The notes: generated by a model from the letters alone, not told the origin. 64,000 bases of DNA from Azolla caroliniana (GCA_043228905.1 JBHGNT010000001.1:24862001-24926000), one strand, 5' to 3'. Positions 1 to 13,402 are shown, counted from the first letter of the stretch. A program made the numbers and translations.

Positions 1-266
1 ATAATTTGATGAAATCCCCCTCAATTACTATAAATGATTATATTCTACGAGTTATCCGCCAATTAGGATCTATTGGATCAACGTTAGATGATGATGATTT
101 AATTACATATACTTTGAATGGTTAAAAAGATGATGATAAGTGGAAGGCTTTTACTACATCAATATATGTTAGAGAGCATTTACCAGATTTTGATCGATTG
201 GTTTCATTAATGATTACGGAGGAGATGAACCTACAAGGTTCATATTCCAAGGGCAATCAACCATGT
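1..266 (+). pseudogene. Ty1/Copia gag fragment (degenerate), continues at 988-1066 after a solo-LTR insertion
   Basis: Manual translation: SITINDYILRVIRQLGSIGSTLDDDDLITYTLNG*KDDDKWKAFTTSIYVREHLPDFDRLVSLMITEE, a UBN2/Retrotran_gag_2-like stretch with an in-frame stop. It resumes as VLYAGSRGRGRFGRGQQGRGRGRGR after 987. Confidence 0.8.
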
Positions 267-987
267 TGTCGTGTTACCACACGTGTGCGTAGGAAACTAA
301 AGTAGGACCGTGGGGGCCCTGAACCAAGGAGTGTGCAAAGGTAGAGGAAAAGAGAAAGGAAGAGTGAGGCAGCAAGCGTAGGGTTCTGGCCAACACAGGG
401 CTTGTCCCTATCAGACAAGGACACGGCGACACACGAAAGGATAGATGGGAAAAAGGGACCCTTCAGCGATTACGAAAGGTTACAATAGATTAAAGAATGT
501 TACAACTGATCAAGAAGATTACAACCAGCTCGTCGGCAACTACCCCAAACAACTCCCACACACATAGACCAAAATACAACGTGGAGCCTCTACTGGGAGC
601 ACGAGGGCTTCCTATGCGGGTAGAAGCGACCAGCCTAGAGAAACCCTGCAGAGAGATGGAACTAGCGCCCGGTTCCCAGTCCGACAACGCTCTCTTCTCC
701 TCCCTAGAACGCAATATCATTTGGTCCTTTCTCTTGCCCTTTTATAGGCCGGTGAGGAAGAGTCGTCACATCCTGCTTACATCATCATTATTCTCTATCC
801 CTTCGGTCAGAGATATGTTTTGATTTCCTAACCTATTAATACGTTTATATTTAATTTGTTTACATAACCCCAACCTATTCTTAGATCACATTGTACAAAG
901 TTGTTTAAAATTTGTGCGCAGTCACGCATGCCATGGTTCACGCGCTCGAATCCCCGTTTCCTCCTATGGCCGGTTTTCTTCACGACA
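267..987 (-). mobile_element. Solo LTR of the ACGT-targeting Gypsy lineage
   Basis: Termini TGTCGTG...CACGACA. The right end CGGTTTTCTTCACGACA is identical to the LTR ends at 51261 and 58417. Flanked by ATGT (263-266) and ACGT (988-991). Interrupts Copia gag. Confidence 0.85.
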
Positions 988-1066
988 ACGTGTTGTATGC
1001 AGGATCACGAGGAAGAGGAAGATTTGGAAGAGGACAACAAGGAAGAGGAAGAGGTAGAGGAAGGAT

Positions 1067-1395
1067 CCAACAACTTTATTCCTTTAGCAATAATTTTAAA
1101 TTGCTTTCTTGGATCTTCAACATAATATCCTTTTGATGTGAATCGAACTTGATATCCCTTCTCTACTATTTGTCCTACGGATATCAAATTCTTTGTAACT
1201 GTTGGCACATGAAGAATTCCAGGCAAACAATCTGTTCCATTAGTTGTTTGAAACCTTACATCACCAATATGCTTTATTGAGTGTGATGCATCATCACCTG
1301 TCTGAACATGTCCTGATGTACTTGATACAAGCAAATTACTAAACCAATCTTTATTATATGACATGTGATTACTGCAAATCTTCCTCTTCCTCTTC
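1067..1395 (-). pseudogene. Copia protease-region fragment, inverted relative to the adjacent gag
   Basis: ORF 1005..1364: (SNH)MSYNKDWF...VQTGDDASHSIKHIGDV...ILHVPTVTKNLISVGQIVEKG, homologous to the 33377..33772 protein. Confidence 0.8.
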
Positions 1396-1399
1396 CAAC

Positions 1400-4104
1400 A
1401 ACTTCCAACAACTTTTCAAGCTCTTCTTCAAGTTTGTTAAGATTATGATCGACAAGTGAAGATGATGAGTTCCATGGGGTTTCCCCAAATGATGGCTTTG
1501 GGTGCAAATTCGATGCCTCGTGCCAATCTTCAAACCTCATCTTCAATTGTGCATAGTGGACAAGTGTTTCCAAATGTGTATACCAACACAACAATAAACC
1601 CAACAAGTATATTTCAAGAAGTGGAACAAGGAAAGAGTGAACAAGGTACTATGGCCTTGGTAAATCAGCACTTTGATGAAGTGATGGCCCATTTGCAACC
1701 ATCCCAAGAAATTCACAACACTATTCCCGATGGTGGTGGCCCTAGAAGACATCATGGTGTAATTTGTTATTTGTGTCAAGAGGAGGGACACATCTCAACA
1801 AGATGTCCTCACCGACAACAAAGAAGCATGGGAAGAGGCATGTATCAAGTGCAACGGAATGGACAACGAGCTATCAAGAATGGAGTCGAAGGAGGCGAAT
1901 CCATAGCACTTCCTATGGCTCAGATTCCTACAATTCCTCATAATGTGAATCTTCTTAATTTTATTGATGATAGTGATAGTGCTTGTGAAGTAGCTCCTGT
2001 GAAAAGGACAAGAGCCTCGCAAAAGGAGAAAGAAGTTGATGGAGAATCTAGTGCCTCGAGAGAAAAGAAGAAGTCTAAGGAGAATGAGGAAGAGGAGAAA
2101 TTGAGAAGGAGACACTCCAAAAGGAAGATAAAGATGGAGGATATTCCTATGGGAGAAGGTGTAGAAGCTTCCAATCGGAAGCATGAATTGATATCGAGTG
2201 GACCAAGGATAACATGGCCACAACTTCTCCAATTATCTCCCACATTACGAAAGGAGTGGGGAAAGCTTGCAAGTATCAACCAAAGTAGGAAGATTGTGCA
2301 TTATGTGGGGATCGTGTGAGTAGAAGATCGAAAGGACATGCGTCCAACCATCCCGGTCTCCATCAAAGGGTTTCACATCAAAGATGCCTTGGTTGATAGT
2401 GGTGCTAGGGTAAGCTTGATTTCTGAATTTGTAGTAAACAAAGTGGGAATTCCTATTACCATGTCATTTTCAACAAGGGTGATTGTAGTAGATAGTGGAG
2501 TGGTGCATTGCACAAGCATAGTGGAGGATGTGTTCATCAAGTGTTTTGGGATAAGAGGAGAAGCTTGCAACAAATACCACATCAATTTGAAGGAAAGTGT
2601 ATCAATTTCCCCAAAGCATTGGCAATTGAGTGTTGAACAAAAGGAAGAATTTATGAAAGAGTTCAACGCATGGTTACAAGAAAGTTCCAATTATAAGATG
2701 GAAAATTTGAAGTGTGTGTCACCTATAGTTTTGGTTCCAAAGAAGAATGAGATCAATTTCGAACCCTTGAATGATTCGACCAAACGAGATCAAATTTCAC
2801 TTCCTTTCCGAGATGAGATTGTAGATCAAATGGTCATTTATACAAAACAAGGTAGTGTGGGCAATGTGTTGTGCCAAGAAGATGTGAATGATTCAAAGAT
2901 CAACGTAATTCAAAAGATGATCATTCCAACAAGTCTCAAAGCTTTTAAGGTATTTGTGCAAAAGGTTCGCTCACTTGAAAGATTCATTTATATGTTGACA
3001 TGCTTACTTCTATCAAGAGTTATGTATCCCATGACCCTACTTGTGTATGGAGAGTTAACAAAGACATAATAATTGTAGTAACCTCTTTCTTTGTGTTGAC
3101 AAGGAGAAAGATGGTGATGGCAATTGTCAATGTGCGTGCGTGCGTGCGTGTGTTTAGAAGTGTGAGGTTTTTCCTACCGATTAGCGGGGGTTTTACTCAC
3201 ATCTTTTTATTTTCTTTTTTATTATATCACTCTCCTTGTCTATAGCCAAGAGATTGGCTAGAGAGCTTTCGTTTGTTAAGTACTACCATTAAGTGCTTCG
3301 CCATAAATGGCTTAGCCTCTAGCAAGGGGGAGGGCTAAATGTGAAAGTGTTTTTAGAATCTAAGCCATTGAACATTAGAAGAATATAAAGTATGGATAAT
3401 TCACATTTGGAGGCTAAGAACACGAACCAAGACCTTAGGAAGAAGTCAAAAGTAAAAGTAAAAGACCAAGAGAAAAGAAAAAAGAAAAAAAGCGTACCAT
3501 AAAAAACAGTAAAAAAGGAATTGTTATAACTCCTCCAAATTTTCACCCAACTTTTATGTTTAAATATAGGTTAGAAAGCTTGTAAAGAGAGCTATCTATA
3601 GCGTTTTAAATCACTAAATTCGGAGCTCTCAGGAGGGAGATATGACGATTAGAAGGTCGTTGGGTCTTAGCTAAAATTAGGAGATAAAAAGCTTCTTTAA
3701 ATAGTGTGAACGAGGAAGAAGAAGAAAATTATAAAAGAAGAAGTGGAAGGACTAATGGGAGGAAGGTCTTAGAATAGGGAGATGATCCTAATAGAGGAGA
3801 GGGAGGGAATCTTAGGAAGAGAAATCTTAGTGAAAGAGGAAGGGTCTTAATTTTGGTTTTTGAGTGATTGGTAGTAAGAGGGTCTTTGGTTTCTTAGTTG
3901 AATGTAGAGTTTATCTCCTTTGTATTGTCTTGATGTTGGAATATCATAACAATATTATCTCTTTCTCATCTTCTCAATCTTTTTTTCTTAATTTCTTGAG
4001 TCTCTCTTGATCTATATAATATATTATGAGTCACAACTCCATCTAACCGGTTTGGTCAAGCCCTCATATAGTGTAAGATTATCCTTTGTCTTAAACTCCT
4101 ATCA
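1400..4104 (+). mobile_element. 5'-truncated, internally deleted Ty3/Gypsy element (gag knuckle, protease, RT remnants, 3' LTR about 3115-4104)
   Basis: CYLCQEEGHISTRC zinc knuckle (ORF 1456..2319), ALVDSGA protease and SPIVLVPKKN RT remnant (ORF 2338..3069). Purine tract 3101-3114, then a TGAT...ATCA-bounded segment that ends where Copia RT resumes. Confidence 0.7.
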
Positions 4105-4460
4105 CTTAGGTATAGAAGTTAGCAAAACAAATGAAGGTATATACTTAATACAACGAAAATATATTCTAGATTTATTGAATACGTATGGCATGATTGGATG
4201 GAAACCATTAAGCCAACTTATGGAGCCCAATGTGAAACTAGGAAAAGATAATGGCGAGAAAGTTGAAAATGTTCAAATATATAGAAGCTTAATTGGTTCA
4301 CTATTGTATGCAACTATAACAAGACTAGATATATCTCATGTAGTAGGTGTTTTGGCATAATTTATGCAATCATTTGAATGCAAGAAGAAAGGTTTTAAGA
4401 TATTTGAAAGGGACAGTTAATCATGGTTTATTTTATGACAAGGTGAATGATTTAACAGTT
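4105..4460 (+). pseudogene. Copia reverse transcriptase C-terminal fragment
   Basis: LGIEVSKTNEGIYLIQRKYILDLL...YRSLIGSLLYATITRLDISHVVGVLA, followed by stops and frameshifts. Confidence 0.85.
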
Positions 4461-4889
4461 AGTGCATTCATTAGTATATTGAAATTCAAATATATTGAGT
4501 TGTTATAACTATGATATAAGTTTTTTTTCCCATAAAAATTATCCTCCATTAGTATTAAGATTAAAGTAGCCAAAGGCAAGATACAAGATAATCCAACATT
4601 ACAAGGAATATTGTGCAACCAATCTTTCTAGATAAAGATAAATGCAAGATACAAGATAATATCAGTGAACTTCTCCCTAAGTAATATTGTTGCCCTACTA
4701 GCGTCCATATCACCAAGTAATGTTGATGCCATGATGCCATGCCAAAGCCCCTAACACCAATTCCATCGTATTCAACATGTAGTGATATATCTTCTTTCAC
4801 AATGATTCCTTGATCGCTGCTACATGTAAGAGTTCATCATATCCAAATGATCCAGATGAACCTTCCATATGAAAATACTGGTTCTCTAC

Positions 4890-5040
4890 TCAATCCAATC
4901 TCCTCAGACCCTCATGTAGATTTGCTTCTGCCTCCGCCACCATCTTCGCTCATCGTTGTATAAACTAAAAACAAATAAATGTGCTTCAAAATATTTTCAC
5001 ATCAGCCATCTCTCCATTTTCCAAGAAATTCCTGTATGGA
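4890..5040. repeat. One ~150-bp monomer of the tandem array that continues at 18310-19230
   Basis: Carries the core CTCCTCAGACCCTCATG...TTGCTTCTGCCTCCGCCACCATCTTCGCTCATC, closely matching the array units. Confidence 0.75.
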
Positions 5041-5608
5041 CAACAAAGAAAAAATTAGTTGTCCTGATCTGTGTACTATCTCTGTATCGACGGAGTTAAA
5101 CCCTCGATGTCGTTTGTGAAGTTCGGACCGGCGTATACCCTTTTGATGGCGAATCGGGCGGAGATAGTTCTCGGATACCTCCGAGCCTCACACTCACTTA
5201 ACGATTGGTAAATGATTAAGCACGATATCTCTCTCACTCTCTCAAGCTCTCTCTCATAAACAATAGGTTAATAGATATAGACAATAAGAAGGAAGGGTAT
5301 GTTTATTAACCCTCTTTGCTAAGAGGTCTAGCACCAACAAGGAGAGAGATTAGTGTTGGATGGTCCTGGATGGCCGGTGGGTGTTAGCATTATGTTTGGT
5401 TGAGCGACTCCGCGCCTTGGGGTTCATCGAGGTCCCATGCAGGGGTGGTCCGATCGCGAGCGGGGAGCCGGTTTCGTTTCGGGACCCAGAAGCTAGTGGC
5501 GCCATTGTGCCAACCTTGTGCATAAGTGAGTATTTTTTTGACTCGCCACACGGCACGTTCTCTGCAATGTGGGTCGTCAGTGAAAACTGCGTGGACGTTC
5601 ACCCATTC

Positions 5609-6100
5609 TCATGGTTTGGGTGTCCGTGTTCTAATGTTAGTGTCGCGCTGGTCATGGACGGCCGGTGGGTGTTGGCGTGCTGTTTGTTTGGGCAACTCCA
5701 TGCTTTGGGGATCATTGAGGTCAGCGGGATGTGATTCGAGTGTTGTTGCGACAAGGTCCTCGGACTTTAGTCCATCTCCTGTTTGGAAGGAGACGATGTG
5801 TTTGCTGGGTGATAAGAGACATTCGCTTATGCGACACCAATCTAAACTGAGGAGGCATTGTGCGTACATCACTTCGGGCGGCAGTACCCGAACTTGGATT
5901 GAGTGCGCGTTGTATTCTGTCTTGATGTTACACACGAAAGTTCCTAGACAGCATGATGTGGAACCATCGAAGCCACGGAAGTTGTCGTTGCACACTTCAA
6001 GGTCTGGGCAACCTAGATGTCCCCATGTTTCGAAGGAGAAAAGGGTTAGTGATGCTCCTGTGTCGATTACCACCGTCAAAGGCATGTCTTGTTGTATCAT
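5609..6100 (-). pseudogene. Extra retropepsin-like aspartic protease domain downstream of integrase
   Basis: PLTVVIDTGASLTLFS...FRGFDGSTSCCLG...CLLSLDW: catalytic DTG, flap and C-terminal strand. In frame with ORF 6116..6481 across one stop. Confidence 0.75.
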
Positions 6101-6115
6101 AGTTGTATTGTTGCA

Positions 6116-7600
6116 TCATAGTTGTATTGTTCCGTCATTAGAGTTAACCGCCTTAGCCATGGGTGCCGGATGGGTGTGTCCTTGTCGCTTGAATTTAGCT
6201 TGCGTATTGCGCAGGTCGGTTTCGAGCCGGGCTACTCGACCTTCGGAGGTCTTAAGTTTGGCTTCTACCTCTCGTTGTCGAGCCATGAGTAGAGCCTCGA
6301 GTGTGAGGGGTCCATAGTAACGTTTGAGCTTGCTCCCATTGATGAATCCGGGGATGTCAAAACCTTCAAGCATGCGTAGGCGACATGCTCCTGTCTTGGT
6401 AATCTCTAAAACCACATACGGGCCTTCACCCCATAACTTAAGCTTCTTCTTGTGTCGTTGAGAAGAGAATTTGAGGTCCATGTCGCCTTCAGCAAGGTCT
6501 TTGTTCTAGACTTTATTGTCATGTCACACCTTTCTATTGGCTTTCTCTGCCAAGAGTGCCTGGAATGCGAGAAGGCGAGTTTCTGTCAGCCGTTCTAGGC
6601 TCTCTAGACATGACGGGAGGGGGTCCCCATCCCATCATTCTTGTACGGAGATCCTGAGGTTGGGGACCAGGAACTCGATGGGTAATACTGCATCTTGCCC
6701 GTACACTAGTTTGAATGGTGTGTGGCGAGTTGCGACTTTGTAGGTAGTACGAAAAGCCCATAATGTTGCTTGGAGTTTGGTGCTCCAATCAGACCATGAG
6801 GCGACAATTATCTTTGTGAGCAGTGCACATAACACCTTATTCGTGCTTTCCGCTTGTCCGTTGCATCAAGGGTAATAAGGAGAACTTTTGCAGTGTGTCA
6901 CCATAAATTAGCCTAGTAAATGTGCTATCACTTCGTTGAGGAAATGCGAGCCTTGGTCACTAATGATTTCGAGCGGACATGCACCGTACTATGACATTTT
7001 CATATAGGAATTTGATGGCACTATGCGCATCAGCGTTAACGCAAGCTTTAGCTTCGACCCACTTGGTAGCATAGTCGGTGGCGGTTATTATGTATTGTTT
7101 GAGGTTGGAAGCTGGGCTGATTGGGCCGATAAAGTCGATACCCCATTTCTCGAATGGTTGCCATGCCACCACCGAGTTTAATGTATTGAAATCTACTTTT
7201 AGTGGGTGTTTGAAACGTTTGCACTTGTCACAACGGCGTACGTACTCGTATGTGTCTTTGAAGAGTGTTGGCCACCATAGTCCAAACTGGAGGATCTTGC
7301 GTGCAGTGGTGTCGTGATTGAAATGACCACTTCCGCTCCCGCAATGAGCTTGTTTGAGGGTGGCGACGGCGTCGTGGTCTGTTACACACCTCCGAAGTAG
7401 ATCGTCGTTACCCCGACGGTACAAGTTGCCACAAAGCATTGTGAAGGGGCCCCATTTCTTTAACAAGACACGCGTGTCTGCCCGGGGTAGTTGTTTTAGG
7501 AAGGACGCTCCTTCAGTTAGGACGCGAACGATGTCTGATGCCCATGCTGGTACGGTGTCGATCGCGAATAATGTTGCATTTGGTGTTTCATCGTCGACCC
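6116..7600 (-). pseudogene. Gypsy integrase (fragmented)
   Basis: H-H-C-C finger (AHCGSGSGHF...CDKCK), WGIDFIGP, DYATKWVEA, LWAFRTTYK and GPY motif, followed by a coiled-coil-like tail. Confidence 0.9.
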
Positions 7601-9700
7601 CAGTGGCTTCTTCTCCGTTGGGTATCCGGGAGAAATGATCGGCGAGTACATGGTCTTTTCCTTTTCTCACCACTACCTTGAATTCGAACTCAAGTAACGT
7701 CACGATCCATCGTGAGATGCGTCCGATGGCGTGAGTTTTGTTTACAAAGTAGAGTAGGGCTTGATGATCTACAAAAAACGAGAACCGGGACACCAAAAGG
7801 TAGTGGCGGAATTTCTTTATGCTATAAACCATGGCCAAAACCTCCTGTTCCGCAGCGTTCAGTTGGCGACTAGTCAAGGTGACCAGTAGGTCAAGTGCCC
7901 CTTCACCGGGTTGAGCTAGCACTGCACCAATCGTGAAGGCGGAAGCGTCGGTGTGAACTGTCGAGGAATACGCGGAATAGTCTCCGGCACCTACCGAAGA
8001 GTGAATCACTTTGTACAGTCGAACACAGAAGAAATGAAGAATGGAGGTAAGTGCACAAACAGAAAGAACAAAAAAAGAGAATACACAGGATATTAACGTG
8101 GAAAACCCTGAGAGGGAAAAACCACGGGAGTCCACAGACTCCAAACTATCACTATATCACAATGATTACAACAGTGAGCTCATGGAGGCAACGACCTCAT
8201 GCTCACGATCTTCACCATAGGCGTCGGTTACAACAGAGGCAATGACCTCTCTATATCTCGAGTTCACTCTCACTCTCTCTCTCTGTACACGGTTTCTCTC
8301 TCACAATCGTGACAACGACAATAACAACCTTTTTTTTTTTGACTAAGTTTTCCCTAAGTCATATTTATACTAGAATGACTTTTCGGCTATTTACAAATAT
8401 AGCCCCGATGGACTCTCAGAAACATATTTACGAATATGTCCCTTCATCCGGTGAGCACTCCTCACCGGGCCTGCATCATCCGGCGCTTGCCCGGAACTCA
8501 TCATCCGATTCTCACCGGATCTTCCGTTTCCGGGTACTCCTCATCCGATTCTCACCGGGTCTTCCGTTTCCGGGTACTCCTCATCCGGTTTCGGCCTCGG
8601 CCTATCGGCCTCAGATGAGTTTGCTCATCAATACTGTCACTTCCCATCCGGAGGGACCTGTTTCCTAACATGAACATGGAATTCTTTGGTCCAATCTGGG
8701 GGTTGGAGGATGGGGCCCTTAGTTAGGCACTCGTCCACATGAACTGCTTTAATAGGGTGTAGAGCGGTCTAGCCTTGTCTGCGAACATCTTAATGAAGCG
8801 TCTATAGTAACCTGTGTATCCCATGAACCCTTGTAGTTGTTTCTCGTTCGTGGGGGGTGGCATGTCGAGGATGGGTTTTATCTTTGCCTCATCGGTCGAG
8901 ATCCCGTGGCGGGATAAGACGTGCCCTAATATTAATCCATGCTTGACGCAGAACTAACACTTGAGTAGGTTGAGAGAGAGTTGATAGGTCCTGCATTTTT
9001 CGAACGTCACATGAACTAGCGCCAGGTGGTCATGCCATTTCGAATGGCAGCATAAGTCCTCAACATAAGACTCCACCCCTTGTCGTAACCTTGCTGCGAA
9101 GATATGGTTCGCCGCTCTTCGGTAGGTGCTCAAGGCACTCGTGAGTCCGAAAGGCATCTATTTATAAGCGAACGTACCAAATTCAGTGGCGAAGGCTGTC
9201 TTGTGTTGATCCTCAGGGACCACCGAGATTTGGTTGTACCCGGAGAATCCGTCGATGAAGCTATAAGCTTCTGCTCCCGCGATTCTTTCGAGTAGATGCT
9301 CCATGTAGGGTACCGGGTAGTTGTCATTGATAGTGGCTTCGTTAACTTGGTGATAGTCGACACATATGCGGATTTGGCCGTTTTTCTTCTGGATGACTAC
9401 AATCGGGGAGACCCAAGTAGTTCGTTCGATTGGGTAGATAATTCCTGCAGCCAACATTTTGTTGATTTCGGCTTTTACTTGTTGGGCGTAGTTTGGGTTC
9501 ATTGGGCGTGGCCTTTGCCAGATTGGGCGGGCGTCGGCTCACATGGGGATACTATGGGTGACGACCTCGGCTGGAACTCCCTTCATGTCAGCGTACGACT
9601 ATGCAAACACGTCGCTAACTTCCATGAGGAGGGTGATCAAACACGTCTCCTCGTCGGACTAGAGATCTGCAGCTATGAATACCGGTTTGGAGTCTGTCCC
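7601..9700 (-). pseudogene. Gypsy RT-RNase H (fragmented, split by a solo LTR)
   Basis: WVSPIVVIQKKNGQIRICVDY, DGFSGYNQI, MPFGL, YVED (mutated YVDD), EFHV|HTDAS, FVDHQAL. Confidence 0.9.
7959..8670 (-). mobile_element. Solo LTR of a Tnt1-like Copia family
   Basis: TG...CA termini and exact 5-bp TSD TGAAC (7954-7958, 8671-8675). Reverse complement matches the LTRs at 54638 and 60650. 40-bp tandem units at about 8500-8590. Confidence 0.9.
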
Positions 9701-10173
9701 TTTCCCGAGGTTGATTTCTTTCACCCTTGTTGGTCCATCGTAGACTTCTCCTAGGCCTTGGGGGGTTTGTTGTGGTCTCTTACAAGCCACTGCCCTATTC
9801 TCTTGTTCATAGAGTTTGAAATGCTCTGGGAAGTACACTTCCGTCGAAGTCTTCTGAGTGGTCGTGGCGTCACCTGGACGTGTGACTCGTTGTACCAGTC
9901 CTTCGTCCTTTACGTCTACTTCTTTTCGCTGGGGTCCGAGGGTGGTGACGTTGAAGCAAGAGATTGTGTCTCCGTCCTCTTCACAACACTTTGTACCTAT
10001 AGGGTACATTGCGTCGGTTGTGGCGAGAGCGTGTACCCAATTCATCTCTGACATCTCGGAAGCGACGGATTGGTCGTCTCTCTCACGTACATTCCCCTCT
10101 TTGGAAGTGGCGAGTCTTTGGGGGAACGGTTGGCCTCTGATCAAGAGTTGAACTAACTTTGTGGGGTTGCACG

Positions 10174-13100
10174 CTAGGAGGAGATTTCTGACCAATCGTC
10201 TACGAGAGGGTTGCCTTCTTGTTCATGCACTTTTTGTGTGTATGCTTTGATGCGGAAGGTTTTTTTTTCTTTACGCATATAGATTATATCGTTCCCGAAA
10301 TCCATTACCAAGCGTCTTATATGTAGCAATGGTCTTCCTAGTAAGCACTCGTAGGCCACATGGTTGGATGATCTTGTGACGATGAAGGTGAGATTGAACT
10401 CCACTCCGTGGATAGTGAAGTGATGCGCAGGGATCATGCCTTCTGGCCTTTGGATGGACCCATCTGCCATTCGTAGTTTGACATCTGAAGGAAGCGTTTT
10501 TGGACTCCCCCACTTACACCAACATTCGTAACTGATGACACTTACCCCTACTCCGATGTCAATGATTGCGTCACACGTCTTACCATTGATGCAGACTAGT
10601 AGGGTGAAACTAGTATCGTCGCTCTCGAAGTGAGCTTCGTGGACATCGACTGGCGGTCCTTTGGGTTGTTTGAGGACTGTGGACGTATGAGGAGTGTGGG
10701 TGTGTATCCTTTCACCATACCCTGCCGATAGGCTACCATTGAGGCGTCGGAGGACGTTGTGCCACGGTTGAATGTTGAGTTTGAGTAGTTCTTCGAGCGT
10801 GAACTCTATTTCCTTGGCGAGTAGAGGTCGTAGCAGGGGATTGTCGGCAACGAAGGTGCCAGTGTAGCTCTGCACTTCGTGTAATGTGAGTCGCAAACTT
10901 AAATTTAAGATTTGTTGGAGTAGGGCTGTGTTGACCTCTTTGATCGGGGTAGGATGGCAAGTGGGGGTGTCGATTGATGTGACGACGGGGGGAGGTGAGG
11001 GGTTTACCCATTCTTCCAGTTGGTCAAAGTTTAAGCTTGGGAGACTAAGTGATTTTTCGAACTGTTCGTAGCGTAAGAGCTTGATGTATTCTTCTACCTT
11101 TTGTTTCTCAGCTATTGGTTTTGGGTATGCCGCTAGGTGTGCCGGTAGTTCTTTATTCGGATTGACAGGTAATGTTTCTATGTCTCCCTCCGGTTCTTGA
11201 TCTTGTTTTGAGGTCTGCGTGGAGTTATTCTTTCTAGATTTTCGTCTCTTATGTGTGGTCGCGGGGAGACCTTGATCTTGGTATTTTAAATTGTGTGCTA
11301 CTCGTTGGACCCATGTGATGACATTGGCACAGATCGTGGATGGTACAATGGACAACAAATTTGTGCCGACCCTTTTCTTCTTTTCCGGGCAATCAGGTAC
11401 TAAGTGTTCCTTACCGCACCCTGGGCATGATGCTTTTCTCTAGAACCATTCGATAAGGTCCTGCGATTGTTGGGTGAGACCTTGCGCCGGTGGTTGTGGG
11501 GGTGTGTCGAGTGGGAGGTGTCATGGTCGTTGGGCCATCCGGTTGTAGTATTCATGTTTGGTTGGGCACTCGCTAACCATATGTGGGCCTTGGCAATTGA
11601 AACATTTCAATTCTGACCCCCTTAGACCATTATTGTTGCGGTATCCCATTGGGGGTCCACGTTGTTCCCCTCTCAGGACGTACACTAGTATTTGGTCACC
11701 TTCGAAGTCCACGAAGTGGGACAACACCTCTTCTTCAATGCCGTACTCCCGGTACGAGTCTTCATATTCGGGGGTGCTCGCCCCGACCTGGGTTTGGTTA
11801 TCTGTGGTATATTCTAGTTCAGCGAGGCGGGCGTCGATGCGTGGTAGTGGGGGCTATTGAGGGAGTATCGCTGGTAGTGGTGGGCGGCTAAGTGGTGGAG
11901 GTGAGCGTGGGTGTTCCACCATTGACGTTTGGCCGTACCTTCCGGTGGGGGCTTGCCAGCAGTTCTCTTGCGTATGCATCACGAAAGCTTTGCACCACTT
12001 ACAGTATTGCAGTCGTCGTTGATGGAGGAGGGGACACTCATGTCCTGTGTGGTGGCTGTGGCATACCGTGCACCTTACATTTTCTCGTTGGGTGTATGCT
12101 TGGGGTCTTTCTATACGGGGTGTTCGCGGTGGTGTAGGTAGAGTAGGGGTGGGGTTTGAGGATTTCTCGCGGTTGTTCATAGGTGCTTGAGTGGGTATCT
12201 GTAACCCACTCATTGAATCTTCAAAGGTCATCACTATTGTGTAGGCTTCAGCGAGCGATCGACACATCCTGGCAATCAGGAAATTTTGGAGTGTCAGATC
12301 GAACAACCCATTAATGAAAGGGCTCATCAACTTGTCATCTGACATCTTGTCGCTCGGGCTACAACGATGATGCAGGATTTTCGTGCGACGTATGTAGTCC
12401 CTGACCGTTTCGTTTGCTTCTTGCTTGAGGGCGAAAAGTTGGTCAATCGGGTTCCATTTATTCCCTCGGCGAGCGAAGTTTATCAAGAAATCTTCGATGA
12501 CATGTACTCGAAATCGGCGGCGATGTCTTCATTCAAGGTTCAAAACCAAATTCTGGCTTGGTCATTAAATGTAAGTCCAAACGCAGCTACCTTGGTGATC
12601 TCTGTGAGGGGTTCATAAGCACGACAAATCTGCTTCAACCTCTCGACGTGATCATAGGCATCACCGAAACCGAGGAAACTGGGTACTAGTTTAGAAATGG
12701 AAGCACTCTTCCCACTGTCATTTGTGAGGTTTCTCGGATGATTTGTGGGTGCTCTCTCTTTTTCCATCAATGCTACAAGAGTTTGGATGGATTGTAGTAC
12801 TAGTGCGAGTTCAGCATTTGGGGTTGTAGGGGTAGCTTGGTTAGGTGTAGGGGTTGTGCCCATGCATGGTGGTGTTAGGTGTCGTCGTGTGTGGGCGTCG
12901 TTCGGGCTGTCCCCCGTTGTGCTCGAATGTGGTACGGGGTTGTGCTCCTGACCTCGGGGGTGCATGTGCGACGATGTTTCTAGGAGGTGAATTTTTTGTT
13001 GCACTCGTGTGAATGTATCCTTCCTTTCCGCCAAAGCGGCTTCGATATCTCGAGTGGTGCTTTCCGGTTGACCTCCTTTCGTAAGTTGTGCCATCCATAG

Positions 13101-13377
13101 ATTGATTTCGTGTTCTATCACCCGTAACTCTACACTGTCGCTCTACACTGAGTGGGTCTGCCATTGGGCTCTCCTGTAGTGGGGGTGTGTTGAGAGGTGC
13201 TTTAATTCCTGGGCTCGATGGGAGGTTCATGTTTGGTAGCATCCCTGGAGTTAGCCACCCTCTGTGGTACCGAGTCGGGTTAGGTGGGATGGCATCGTGG
13301 GTTTGGTTGGTTTGGGTGGACTCTTCCTTGCGTGTGGATCGAGTTTGGAACATCTCTGTCCATGAGGATCTAGCCAT
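10174..13377 (-). pseudogene. Gypsy gag-protease region (fragmented)
   Basis: Capsid-like LKQEANETVRDYIRR and several Cys/His knuckles (CTVCHSHHTGHEC, CKWCKAFVMHTQENC, CFNCQGPHMVSEC, CPGCGKEHLVPDC). Protease AIIDIGVGVSVIS...CLLGRP. Confidence 0.85.
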
Positions 13378-13402
13378 GTTTTCTAGTCAAGCTTTTATAG
13401 GT

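Noticed and set aside
497-823. 108-aa ORF
   Set aside because: It lies wholly within the solo LTR and has no recognisable domain.
6960-8144. 394-aa ORF with a hydrophobic N-terminus on RNase H/integrase, env-like at first sight
   Set aside because: The hydrophobic part is read from the inserted solo LTR 7959-8670 and is not part of the element's protein.
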